A stretch of DNA of 64,000 nucleotides from Macrostomum hystrix (Eukaryota > Animalia > Platyhelminthes). Under the pieces are notes generated by a model. It searched no databases. It was given only the letters and a program-made list of their open reading frames with translations, and was not told the origin of the DNA. Positions 12,601-23,337 of the stretch are shown here, piece by piece. The position numbers and the translations under genes were made by a program. Numbering within the stretch: the stretch's first letter is position 1; the number at the start of each line of letters is the position of its first letter. The DNA lies in assembly GCA_950097015.1 (NCBI GenBank), contig CATNEN010000005.1:6014001-6078000 (forward strand), written 5' to 3'.

Positions 12601-15600
12601 TGAGGAACTGAGAGGGATGAGAGTGAGGAACTGAGAGGGATGAGAGTGAGCAACTGAGAGGGATGAGAGTGAGCAACTGAGAGGGATAAGAGTGAGGAAC
12701 TCAGAGGGATGAGAGTGAGGAACTGAGAGGGATGAGAGTGAGCAACTGAGAGGGATGAGAGTGAGGAACTCAGAGGGATGAGAGTGAGGAACTGAGAGGG
12801 ATGAGAGTGAGGAACTGAGAGGGATGAGAGTGAGGAACTCAGAGGGATGAGAGTGAGGAACTGAGAGGGATGAGAGTGAGGAACTGAGAGGGATGAGAGT
12901 GAGGAACTGAGAGGGATGAGAGTGAGGAACTCAGAGGGATGAGAGTGAGGAACTGAGAGGGATTAGAGTGAGCAACTGAGAGGGATGAGAGTGAGCAACT
13001 GAGAGGGATGAGAGTGAGGAAGTCAGAGGGATGAGAGTGAGGAACTGAGAGGGATGAGAGTGAGGAACTCAGAGGGATGAGAGTGAGGAACTGAGAGGGA
13101 TGAGAGTGAGGAACTGAGAGGGATGAGAGTGAGGAACTCAGAGGGATGAGAGTGAGGAACTGAGAGGGATGAGAGTGAGGAACTGAGAGGGATGAGAGTG
13201 AGGAACTGAGAGGGATGAGAGTGAGCAACTGAGAGGGATGAGAGTGAGGAACTGAGAGGGATGAGAGTGAGGAACTCAGAGGGATGAGAGTGAGGAACTC
13301 AGAGGGATGAGAGTGAGGAACTGAGAGGGATGAGAGTGAGGAACTCAGAGGGATGAGAGTGAGGAACTGAGAGGGATGAGAGTGAGGAACTCAGAGGGAT
13401 GAGAGTGAGGAACTGAGAGGGATTAGAGTGAGGAACTGAGAGGGATGAGAGTGAGGAACTGAGAGGGATTAGAGTGAGGAACTGAGAGGGATGAGAGTGA
13501 GGAACTCAGAGGGATGAGAGTGAGGAACTGAGAGGGATGAGAGTGAGCAACGGAGAGGGATGAGAGTGAGGAACAGAGAGGGATGAGAGTGAGGAACTGA
13601 GAGGGATGAGAGTGAGGAACTGAGAGGGATGAGAGTGAGGAACTGAGAGGGATGAGAGTGAGGAACTGAGAGGGATGAGAGTGAGGAACTGAGAGGGATG
13701 AGAGTGAGGAACTGAGAGGGATGAGAGTGAGGAACTGAGAGGGATGAGAGTGAGGAACTGAGAGGGATGAGAGTGAGGAACTGAGAGGGATGAGAGTGAG
13801 GAACTGAGAGGGATGAGAGTGAGGAACTCAGAGGGATGAGAGTGAGGAACTCAGAGGGATGAGAGTGAGGAACTGAGAGGGATGAGAGTGAGGAACTCAG
13901 AGGGATGAGAGTGAGGAACTCAGAGGGATGAGAGTGAGGAACTCAGAGGGATGAGAGTGAGGAACTCAGAGGGATGAGAGTGAGGAACTCAGAGGGATGA
14001 GAGTGAGGAACTGAGAGGGATGAGAGTGAGGAACTGAGAGGGATGAGAGTGAGGAACTCAGAGGGATGAGAGTGAGGAACTCAGAGGGATTAGAGTGAGC
14101 AACTGAGAGGGATGAGAGTGAGCAACTGAGAGGGATTAGAGTGAGGAACTGAGAGGGATGAGAGTGAGGAACTGAGAGGGATGAGAGTGAGGAACTCAGA
14201 GGGATGAGAGTGCGGAACTGAGAGGGATGAGAGTGAGGAACTGAGAGGGATGAGAGTGAGCAACTGAGAGGGATGAGAGTGAGGAACAGAGAGGGATGAG
14301 AGTGAGGAACTGAGAGGGATGAGAGTGAGGAACTCAGAGGGATGAGAGTGAGGAACTCAGAGGGATGAGAGTGAGCAACTGAGAGGGATTAGAGTGAGGA
14401 ACTGAGAGGGATGAGAGTGAGGAACTGAGAGGGATGAGATTGAGGAACTGAGAGGGATGAGATTGAGGAACTGAGAGGGATGAGAGTGAGGAACTGAGAG
14501 GGATGAGAGTGAGGAACTGAGAGGGATGAGATTGAGGAACTGAGAGGGATAAGAGTGAGGAACTCAGAGGGATGAGAGTGAGGAACTGAGAGGGATTAGA
14601 GTGAGGAACTGAGAGGGATTAGAGTGAGGAACTGAGAGGGATGAGAGTGAGGAACTGAGAGGGATGAGAGTGAGGAACTGAGAGGGATGAGAGTGAGGAA
14701 CTGAGAGGGATGAGAGTGAGGAACTGAGAGGGATGAGAGTGAGGAACTGAGAGGGATGAGAGTGAGGAACTGAGAGGGATGAGAGTGAGGAACTGAGAGG
14801 GATGAGAGTGAGGAACTCAGAGGGATGAGAGTGAGGAACTGAGAGGGATGAGAGTGAGGAACTCAGAGGGATGAGAGTGAGGAACTCAGAGGGATGAGAG
14901 TGAGGAACTCAGAGGGATGAGAGTGAGGAACTCAGAGGGATGAGAGTGAGGAACTCAGAGGGATGAGAGTGAGGAACTGAGAGGGATGAGAGTGAGGAAC
15001 TCAGAGGGATGAGAGTGAGGAACTGAGAGGGATGAGAGTGAGGAACTCAGAGGGATTAGAGTGAGCAACTGAGAGGGATGAGAGTGAGCAACTGAGAGGG
15101 ATTAGAGTGAGGAACTGAGAGGGATGAGAGTGAGGAACTGAGAGGGATGAGAGTGAGGAACAGAGAGGGATGAGAGTGAGGAACTGAGAGGGATGAGAGT
15201 GAGCAACTGAGAGGGATGAGAGTGAGGAACTGAGAGGGATGAGAGTGAGGAACTCAGAGGGATGAGAGTGAGGAACTCAGAGGGATGAGAGTGAGGAACT
15301 GAGAGGGATGAGAGTGAGGAACTGAGAGGGATGAGAGTGAGGAACTGAGAGGGATGAGAGTGAGGAACTCAGAGGGATGAGAGTGAGGAACTGAGAGGGA
15401 TTAGAGTGAGGAACTGAGAGGGATGAGAGTGAGCAACTGAGAGGGATGAGAGTGAGGAAGTCAGAGGGATGAGAGTGAGGAACTGAGAGGGATGAGAGTG
15501 AGGAACTCAGAGGGATGAGAGTGAGGAACTGAGAGGGATGAGAGTGAGGAACTGAGAGGGATGAGAGTGAGGAACTCAGAGGGATGAGAGTGAGGAACTG

Positions 15601-16130
15601 AGAGGGATGAGAGTGAGGAACAGAGAGGGATGAGAGTGAGGAACTGAGAGGGATGAGAGTGAGCAACTGAGAGGGATGAGAGTGAGGAACTGAGAGGGAT
15701 GAGAGTGAGGAACTCAGAGGGATGAGAGTGAGGAACTCAGAGGGATGAGAGTGAGGAACTGAGAGGGATGAGAGTGAGGAACTCAGAGGGATGAGAGTGA
15801 GGAACTGAGAGGGATGAGAGTGAGGAACTCAGAGGGATGAGAGTGAGGAACTGAGAGGGATTAGAGTGAGGAACTGAGAGGGATGAGAGTGAGGAACTGA
15901 GGGGGATTAGAGTGAGGAACTGAGAGGGATGAGAGTGAGGAACTCAGAGGGATGAGAGTGAGGAACTCAGAGGGATGAGAGTGAGGAACTCAGAGGGATG
16001 AGAGTGAGGAACTGAGAGGGATGAGAGTGAGGAACTGAAGGGATGAGAGTGAGGAACTGAGAGGGATGAGAGTGAGCAACTGAGAGGGATGAGAGTGAGG
16101 AACCGAGAGGACATTGGAGTGAGGAACAGA
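9652..16130 (+). repeat. 6.5-kb purine-rich 23-bp minisatellite GAGAGGGATGAGAGTGAGGAACT, ~280 units, with higher-order blocks
   Basis: Unit has 11 G, 8 A, 3 T, 1 C. Near-identical variant strings recur at offsets of 506 (22 units) and 2438 bp (106 units) in the ORF track. Confidence 0.98.
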
Positions 16131-16675
16131 GAGGGTGATGTGAGGTGGAGATGTGGGACTTGAGGAACAGGGTTAAAACTTTAGCAAATTTTCAAGATAA
16201 GATATTTGATTTCTAATATTAGCTATTTCATTTTTCTATTATTATTTCTTTTATATATTATTGGCTGTTGCTATGGTAAAATTATTTAACGAAAAATACA
16301 TTACTTGTGCACCCAGCAATACGGTGTCAGGCAATAATTGTACCTGACAATTATTTACTCAAAAACTGCACCAATTTTGGATCTCAATTTTATATTCTAA
16401 TTTACCATTAAACTCAATAAAAGGTTAATGAGCACAGGCTGGATAGAGGAATAAGGATCCAGAATAAGGAGATAGGAAGAATGCAGAATGGGAAGAGAGG
16501 AACGGAAGGAGGAAGTGTGGGAGATTCAATAGCGGGATTAAGAAGGCGATAAGCGGTACACGCATGAATGTGCTCATATTTACAATTCTTGTAATTTCAA
16601 AACATTTTCATTAATTGCTTTTTTAAGTAACGGTACGTGCAGCAGCATTTCAAGTACACGAATAAGAAATTTATT

Positions 16676-16699
16676 GTTTCCAACGTTCTTTTTCTTCAG
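16676..16699 (+). other. 3' splice acceptor 54 nt upstream of the gene A start codon
   Basis: Pyrimidine tract TTCTTTTTCTTCAG| ending 16699. An in-frame TAG 21 nt before ATG 16754 shows the upstream exon is non-coding. Copy B has CTAAC + tract + CAG ending 45498. Confidence 0.75.
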
Positions 16700-16753
16700 C
16701 CTAAAAAGTCTTCTGAGAAAAATTTCACGGACTAGGAAGAGAAGCAAGGGTTC

Positions 16754-19700
16754 ATGGACACCAATGCTAGCGTCCGTGGACCGGAAGATGCCGGATCAGA
16801 GGACCGGGAACTCGAGGATGCAGAATCGCCGGTCTCTACGTGGGAAGACAGTGGATCAATGAGTCAGAGAAGTGAGGCGGACTCAACTTACTTTCTGCTA
16901 AGCTTCTTAGAGCCAGAGTTGCTAGTTTTCTTCTGGGACATCAATAAAAATAGTCTGCGCAATGACCTTCTTCGAGCCATAGACAGCAACGACTCTGAGG
17001 AGCTGAGCAGAATATCAGACAGAATAAGAAAAGGACTTCAAGACGATGAAGATGCAAAAGTGAAAGCGCTGCTGCTTCTGTCGGCCGCCAAGCCAGAGCT
17101 GAAACTGCTGCAGTTCTTGACTGAAAGACACGCCGACTCATGCCTGCAGGTGCGAAGTTCATCAGCTAACAACATGCTGCACTTCGTGTGCGGATGCAAC
17201 AACTCAGATTCAGCAACTGCAGCCTTGGAGCTGATCTACAACAAAGTGGGCAAACAGCTGGTCAAGGAGGTCAACAACTCAAAGCAGCTGCCTGTACACA
17301 TCGCCGCATTCAATACAGCCAATCCTGCAGTGTTTCTCTGGCTCATTTCCACCGTCGAGGACAAGAATCAGTTTTTCATTCAAGACGATGACGGCTACAG
17401 TGCTGTTAGCGTAGCATTTGTTAAGCAGAACTTGGACACACTCAAACAAGTGACTGAGAAGCTTGGTCCGGCGGAGTGCCTGGCGGCAAAAACTTCCAAA
17501 AATCAAAATATTTGCCTTCGAGCCGCATTAAATACAGCCAATCCTGCAGTGTTTCTCTGGCTCATTTCCACCGTCGAGGACAAGAATCTGTTTTTCGTTC
17601 AAGACGATGACGGCTACAGTGCTGTTTTCGTAGCATTTGAGAAGCAGAATTTGGACACACTCAAACAAGTGACTGAGAAGCTTGGTCTGGCGGAGTGCCT
17701 GGCGGCAAGAACTGCCAAAAATCAAAATATTTGCTTTGTAGCCGCACTCAATTCAGACAATCCTGCAGTGTTTCTCTGGCTCATTTCCTTCGTCGAGGAC
17801 AAGAATTCCAGAATTTTCGAGTCGGATTCCAACGGCAACACTCTGCTTCATGCACTGTTTAGGAAGGTTGATTTGTTTGGCGATGTTGATGGCGATGGCG
17901 ATGGCGATGGCGATGCGCTCGCAGTGCTGATCGGCCGCATCAACTTTCTTTTTGAAAATGAAATTGATCCAAGAAAAGAAAACAATTTAAAACTCAACTT
18001 TCTGCTTGCCGCTGAATCCACTGCTGACAATCTCAATCGCCTTTTGCGAGCTCTTCAAAGATCAGCGCATTTGGAAATCTTCAGAAATCTGCAAAGAAAC
18101 TCGGAGGGCCTTCACGCAGCTCATGTCTTCTGCACTCGCTACGAGCTCCGAGTTATCGAGAACAATTTGAGCAAGCTGTGCGGTCTTAGTCCTGACGAGC
18201 TCCTTGCAGTCCGAGTTTCTGACGGACCGCTGAAGGATGCAACTTGTCTGCACTTTGCCTGCGAATCCGGTCACAAGCTGAACATCGAATACCTTCTAAA
18301 GAAAGGACGGAAGCTGGAAGATGAGACAGACGCCGGGCAGACGAGTGTCGACTTTGCCTGCAACAAGGCGAAGCTCGAGGATGTTTTGGATGTTGCAGAG
18401 AAGTCAGTTGGTCTCGGAAAACTGCTCAAGCTGGTTGATCCAACGAAGCGAGCTCTGAACCTTCCAGACGTTCAGAGCGCCCGAGGTCACCTGACTCGAT
18501 TCAACGACTCATCGCTCAAGGCCAGCATTGAGGATGATAAACCCAGACGACAGACGAGAGGCAAGGAAGCCGGTGCGATGAAAAACGAGAGTCCGCAGGC
18601 CGGACACGGAGCTGACAGCATTTCAAAGTCCGAGGATTCGCCAGAAGTGAAAATGCTGTTCAGAGCATTCGAGCTCGACTCAAGTGAGATGCTCCGCAGC
18701 TTGATCAGTTTGGGCTTCGCCATCGATGAGATCGATGACCAGTTCTCCAGGCATGTCTCAAAGCAGATTGGCAATGGGCGGGAAAGCAGTAAGTCTCCTA
18801 CAATAGCCAAGCTTCAAAAGTACTTCTCCTCAGAAGAAAGAGATTCTGAAGCTCTCATTCTGATGGAGTACGCAGTGCTGCTCGAGAAGCCGAAGCTGCT
18901 AAATGACCTGATGCTGCTGCCACAGTTTGACATCATCCCACAGACTTTGAGGCTGCTCGTTTATCTCAAGCCCAGAGTGAAGTCGAGCAATGTTGAGAAT
19001 CTGACAAAGGTGCAAGCTCTAGCCTTGAACATTGTCATCAATGTTCTGGAGCACCTCTACGTGAATGCTGATGAAGAAGAGCGGAATTTTTTTTTCGACT
19101 ACCTGACTGGCTCATTTAAGGTGAAAGTGAAGGTGTCAGACGGGCATTCTCAGGTTCCAGGTCCGAGGTTCTCGCCACCTCTGGATTATCTTACTAGACC
19201 CATTTCAAACGATAAAACTGATCACGAAAAAGTGAGCACAGATGCGAAGAAACCAAGAAAGACATCAGAAAAGAAGTCTGCAGCTGCAGTGATGTCAGTG
19301 ATGGATCTGGTGCAGACCCTGGACTGTGACGATGTGTTTGCCACTGACTGCATCAGCCAGTTGGTGGATCGGCAGTGGAACAAGGCTCCACCGTTGCCCT
19401 GGAGCAGTCCTGCACGCTGCTGCTCATGCAACATACCGCAAAAGGTGACAATTAAACAGCGGTTCTTCATCCACTCTGTCTTTTTCCTGGTCTTTCTGCT
19501 CTACTTTGCCTGGTACGTGACGGATTTCAGTCGGACAAAGCAGTTTCCGATTCTAGACGTCGTCCTGTTGGCCTACGCGCTATCCTTCACTCTGCAGGAA
19601 GTCAACGACTTGCTGAACAAGCTGTCTATGAAGGACATACGAATTTTCAGAAGGCACATGAGATGTCCTCGCTACTTCACCGACTTCTTCAACTACTTTG

Positions 19701-20425
19701 ACATGCTCGGCCTGCTGCTGATGTGGGCGGGGCTGGTCCTGAAGCTGCTTGGCCGGCTGAGCGACCCCAGCCTCATGCGCAGCTCTCAGGTCGTCCTCAG
19801 CGTCTCGTTCTTGTTCCTGGGATTCCGCTCCGTGGCCCTGCTCAGCTACTCCAAGGTCACTGGGCCGAACATCAATATGCTGAAGAGCTTGCTGTTCAAA
19901 GACCTGCTGCCATTCTTGATCATCATGCTGGTCCTGATCTTCTCATTCGGCATCTTCTTCTTCAGCCTGCTGTTCCCGGCCTTCTCAGACCTGACAGACG
20001 TCCTGGCTCTCGTGAAGATTTTTACAACGCCCGTGTCGCTGGCCTTAAGCATCTTTGAGTTGTCGCTGTTCGAGTCGTGCAACTCCAGCAGTCTCGCGAC
20101 CGGACAGACCTGTGCGGAAAGTGAAGGCAACCAGGTGTACAGCCTATTCCTGATCTTCGTGTACGTCTTGCTGGTGAACATTGTGATGTTCAACCTGCTG
20201 ATCGCACTGTTCAACCGCACCGTGACAGCGATGGCCAGCAGGGCGGAGGTTCTGTGGCGCAAGAATCTGTTCGAGCTGCTGGAGGAGTTCGCAGAGGTCA
20301 GTCCGGTTCCGCCGCCGCTGTCGTTCCCGTTCTACGCCTGGAAACTGCTGCGGAGGTGCCGCCCTTCGCTCTGCCGACCCTGCGCTGGCAAAGTCGGTCC
20401 TTCTGACGGCTCTGAGAGAAGCAAG
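16754..20425 (+). CDS. Ankyrin-repeat TRP-type cation channel, gene A, coding exon 1 (1224 codons)
   Basis: Long ORF with ankyrin motifs (LPVHIAA, NTLLHAL, TCLHFAC), 6-TM region (FFNYFDMLG; GPNINMLKSLLFKDLLPFLIIMLVLIFSFGIF; NLLIALF) and TRP helix LWRKNLFELLEEF...PVPPPL. Ends at phase-0 AAG|GTAAGA. Confidence 0.93.
17321..17803 (+). repeat. Coding 219-bp (73-aa, two-ankyrin) repeat in gene A: 2 units + partial
   Basis: NPAVFLWLIS starts at 17321, 17540 and 17759. Confidence 0.95.
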
Positions 20426-20956
20426 GTAAGAGGCCTGGTGAGCACAGGTGAACTGAGGGGCTGACTATGTTTACTCATATAGGCACTAGATTCAGTCAGA
20501 CGATGACCGAATCCCATTTGAATGGAAATAACTGGTTGTGTGCGCATGATTGCAAATACGCTCGTAGTTTTATGTCAATGGTATGCTCAGATTGCTCAGC
20601 TGGGGCTTGTTATGGACTCTTGAGCACTTATTTTCGTGAAAGTTCACCATCTGAATAAGAGTTCTCCGCCCTTTGTGATGAATTAACTTTCAAAGCCGTG
20701 CGAGCTAACATCGTCGAGATATTCAGCGATTCTTGTCGGTGACAAGGACAAATAGCATTGTTCTGTAGAAATCTTTGGCGACTCCATATAAGCTCAAAAG
20801 TGTATAATTAACAATTCAATAATCTGCATATAGTAAAAGATAGTAGCAGACATGATTACGTGATAAAATATAGCCTCCAACCCGTCTGCCTGAGTTGAAC
20901 CGAACCGCTAAGAGTTCTAAGTTCTAAGGCGCTCTTCATCCCGTCTTCCGTTCCAG

Positions 20957-21421
20957 CCGTGGTGGACGAACCGGAGCGACTTCAGCGGCTACCCCGAAGA
21001 CTTCAGGCGCTTCCTGATCTTCCAGGCCGAGCAGCTGCGGCAGCAGCGGCCGCGGCTCCAGCGGGCGGTCGAGCGGCACAAGGGGGACGTCGATGTGCTG
21101 AAGGCGCACGTGGAGAACCAGGTCATGGACCTGCGGGAAGAACTGCGCCAGAATGTTCAGGATGTGCTCACTGCTCAGAGAGAGGACACTGAGAAAATCG
21201 AGACCGATGTGAAGGGCGTCAAAGAAAGTGTTGGAAAGATGAACGCAGATGTTGGAAAGCTGAACGAGGACGTCAATGAACTCAAAGAGCTGCAGCTCCG
21301 CCAACGAAGACGAACAAAGCGAGTGAACGATGAGATGAAAGAAAACTTCGATAACCTGCAGCAGCAAATGTCGCAGGTGATGAGCATTCTGCAGCAACTG
21401 CAGCAGCAGCGTCAGCAGTGA
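20957..21421 (+). CDS. Gene A coding exon 2 (154 aa, C-terminal coiled coil); full protein 1378 aa
   Basis: TTCCGTTCCAG| acceptor at 20956. The phase-0 join reads PWWTNRSDFSGYPEDFRRFLIFQAEQLRQQRPRLQRAVERHKGDVDVLKAHVENQ..., in frame with track ORF 21095..21421. Confidence 0.88.
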   Translation, partial: PWWTNRSDFSGYPEDFRRFLIFQAEQLRQQRPRLQRAVERHKGDVDVLKAHVENQVMDLREELRQNVQDVLTAQREDTEKIETDVKGVKESVGKMNADVGKLNEDVNELKELQLRQRRRTKRVNDEMKENFDNLQQQMSQVMSILQQLQQQRQQ

Positions 21422-22159
21422 CCGGGCGACTCCAGCACACGCAGTTTGTAAGCTCTGAACAGTTGTAGCCGAAATTGAAATACGAAATCGATGACTGCCA
21501 CTTTATTTCTGGTTAAAAAGAGCCAAACTCAGCATGAAAACAATTAGAGTCTTTCCAAACCATCCTTGACTACTTTCAGGCCTCTTAATCATTGCAGTGG
21601 CTTCTTCAGTTGCTGGGCCTCACAAAAAACTGACGTTTTGTTTGCCGACAGAAGATTTTCTAAATTTTAACTTTTTATTCGACGGAATTTCGCTACTGGC
21701 GATAAATTACATGTACAGTTACAATAACAATTGATCGAACCGAATTGAATTTCAAATAGTAAAAGTTAGCAGAATCGCTTTACTCACATTTTTTGCTCAT
21801 TTTCCACTAAATTTGTTCTAAAATATTTCGAACTCATTTAAGATTATGTACCTAGAATATGTTATTTATAAAATGCCATGTTTCTGCTCTTGTGCCATCA
21901 TATTTCACTTTCTAGAGTTCGTTTGTGTCTTATGCTCACTGGCACAATGCACCATGTGCTCAAGCCCTATGCACCCTGAACTCGTGTCCGCTTTCGCTTG
22001 AGTACTTCCCACGTTTTTATGTCTTTCCTGGTGCTTTTGGAGATGGCAAAGAAATCTTCCGAATGGATGAAATCTACAGCTTCTCAAGCTCTGCCAGTTT
22101 GAACACTAATGAGAAGGGGATTTCAGCAGTGGGAAGATTTTGTCGCTTTCATCGAGTAA

Positions 22160-23058
22160 CCAGTCTAGAATTCCCTGTGTGAGCAGTCTAGAATCCTCTG
22201 AGTGTCTGTGTAAGAAGTCTAGAATTCCCTGTGTGAGCAGTCTAGAATCCTCTGAGTGTCTGTGTGAGCAGTCTAGAATCCGCTGTGTGAGCAGTCTAGA
22301 ATCCGCTGTGTGAGCAGTCTAGAATCCTCTGAGTGTCTGTGTAAGAAGTCTAGAATTCCCTGTGTGAGCAGTCTAGAATTCGCTGTGTGAGCAGTCTAGA
22401 ATCCTCTGAGTGTCTGTGTAAGAAGTCTAGAATTCCCTGTGTGAGCAGTCTAGAATTCCCAGTGTGAGCAGTCTAGAATCCCCTGTGTGAGCAGTCTAGA
22501 ATCCTCTGAGTGTCTGTGGAAGAAGTCTAGAATTCCCTGTGTGAGCAGTCTAGAATCCTCTGAGTGTCTGTGTAAGAAGTCTAGAATTCCCAGTGTGAGC
22601 AGTCTAGAATCCCCTGTGTGAGCAGTCTAGAATCCTCTGAGTGTCTGTGTGAGCAGTCTAGAATCCGCTGTGTGAGCAGTCTAGAATCCTCTGAGTGTCT
22701 GTGTGAGCAGTCTAGAATCCGCTGTGTGAGCAGTCTAGAATCCCCTGTGTGAGCAGTCTAGAATCCGCTGTGTGAGCAGTCTAGAATCCCCTGTGTGAGC
22801 AGTCTAGAATCCGCTGTGTGAGCAGTCTAGAATCCCCTGTGTGAGCAGTCTAGAATCTCCTGTGTGAGCAGTCTAGAATCCGCTGTGTGAGCAGTCTAGA
22901 ATCCTCTGAGTGTCTGTGTAAGAAGTCTAGAATTCCCTGTGTGAGCAGTCTAGAATCCTCTGAGTGTCTGTGTAAGAAGTCTAGAATGCCCTATGTAAGA
23001 AGTCTAGAATCCCCTGTGTGAGCAGTCTAGAATCCGCTGTGTGAGCAGTCTAGAATCC
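22160..23058 (+). repeat. Minisatellite of 23/24/31-bp variants around AGCAGTCTAGAATCC (TCTAGA in each unit)
   Basis: Read directly; orthologous to the 24-bp array at 53253-54258. Confidence 0.95.
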
Positions 23059-23199
23059 TGAAAGAAATTTTCTAAAATCTAGAAATTTTAGAAATTAGAA
23101 ACCTTTGAATTTGTTTTGTTATTTTAATTTTTTGTTTTTTTTATATTGTGCTCAATTTTTTTAACTAACAAGCTTACATGCTTATCGTTAAATCTATCT

Positions 23200-23337
23200 T
23201 TACTCACATGTTTATCTTGTGTTTACAACCCAGCTCACTTGTTTATACTGTGTATACAGCCCTAGCTCACATGTTTATCTTGTGTTTGCAGCCCTAGCTC
23301 ACATGTTTATCTTGTGTTTACAACCCCAGCTCACTCA
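23200..23337 (+). repeat. 32-bp minisatellite CAGCCCTAGCTCACATGTTTATCTTGTGTTTA, ~4 units
   Basis: Read directly; ~24 units at the copy B site. Confidence 0.9.

Noticed and set aside
20426-20464. Track ORF ends 20464 and 51888 as true C-termini
   Set aside because: Read-through past a conserved AAG|GTAAGA donor; a conserved in-frame downstream exon exists in both copies.
16941-21397. Antisense and alternative-frame ORFs overlapping both channel genes
   Set aside because: Shadows of GC-rich coding sequence with no recognisable domains.
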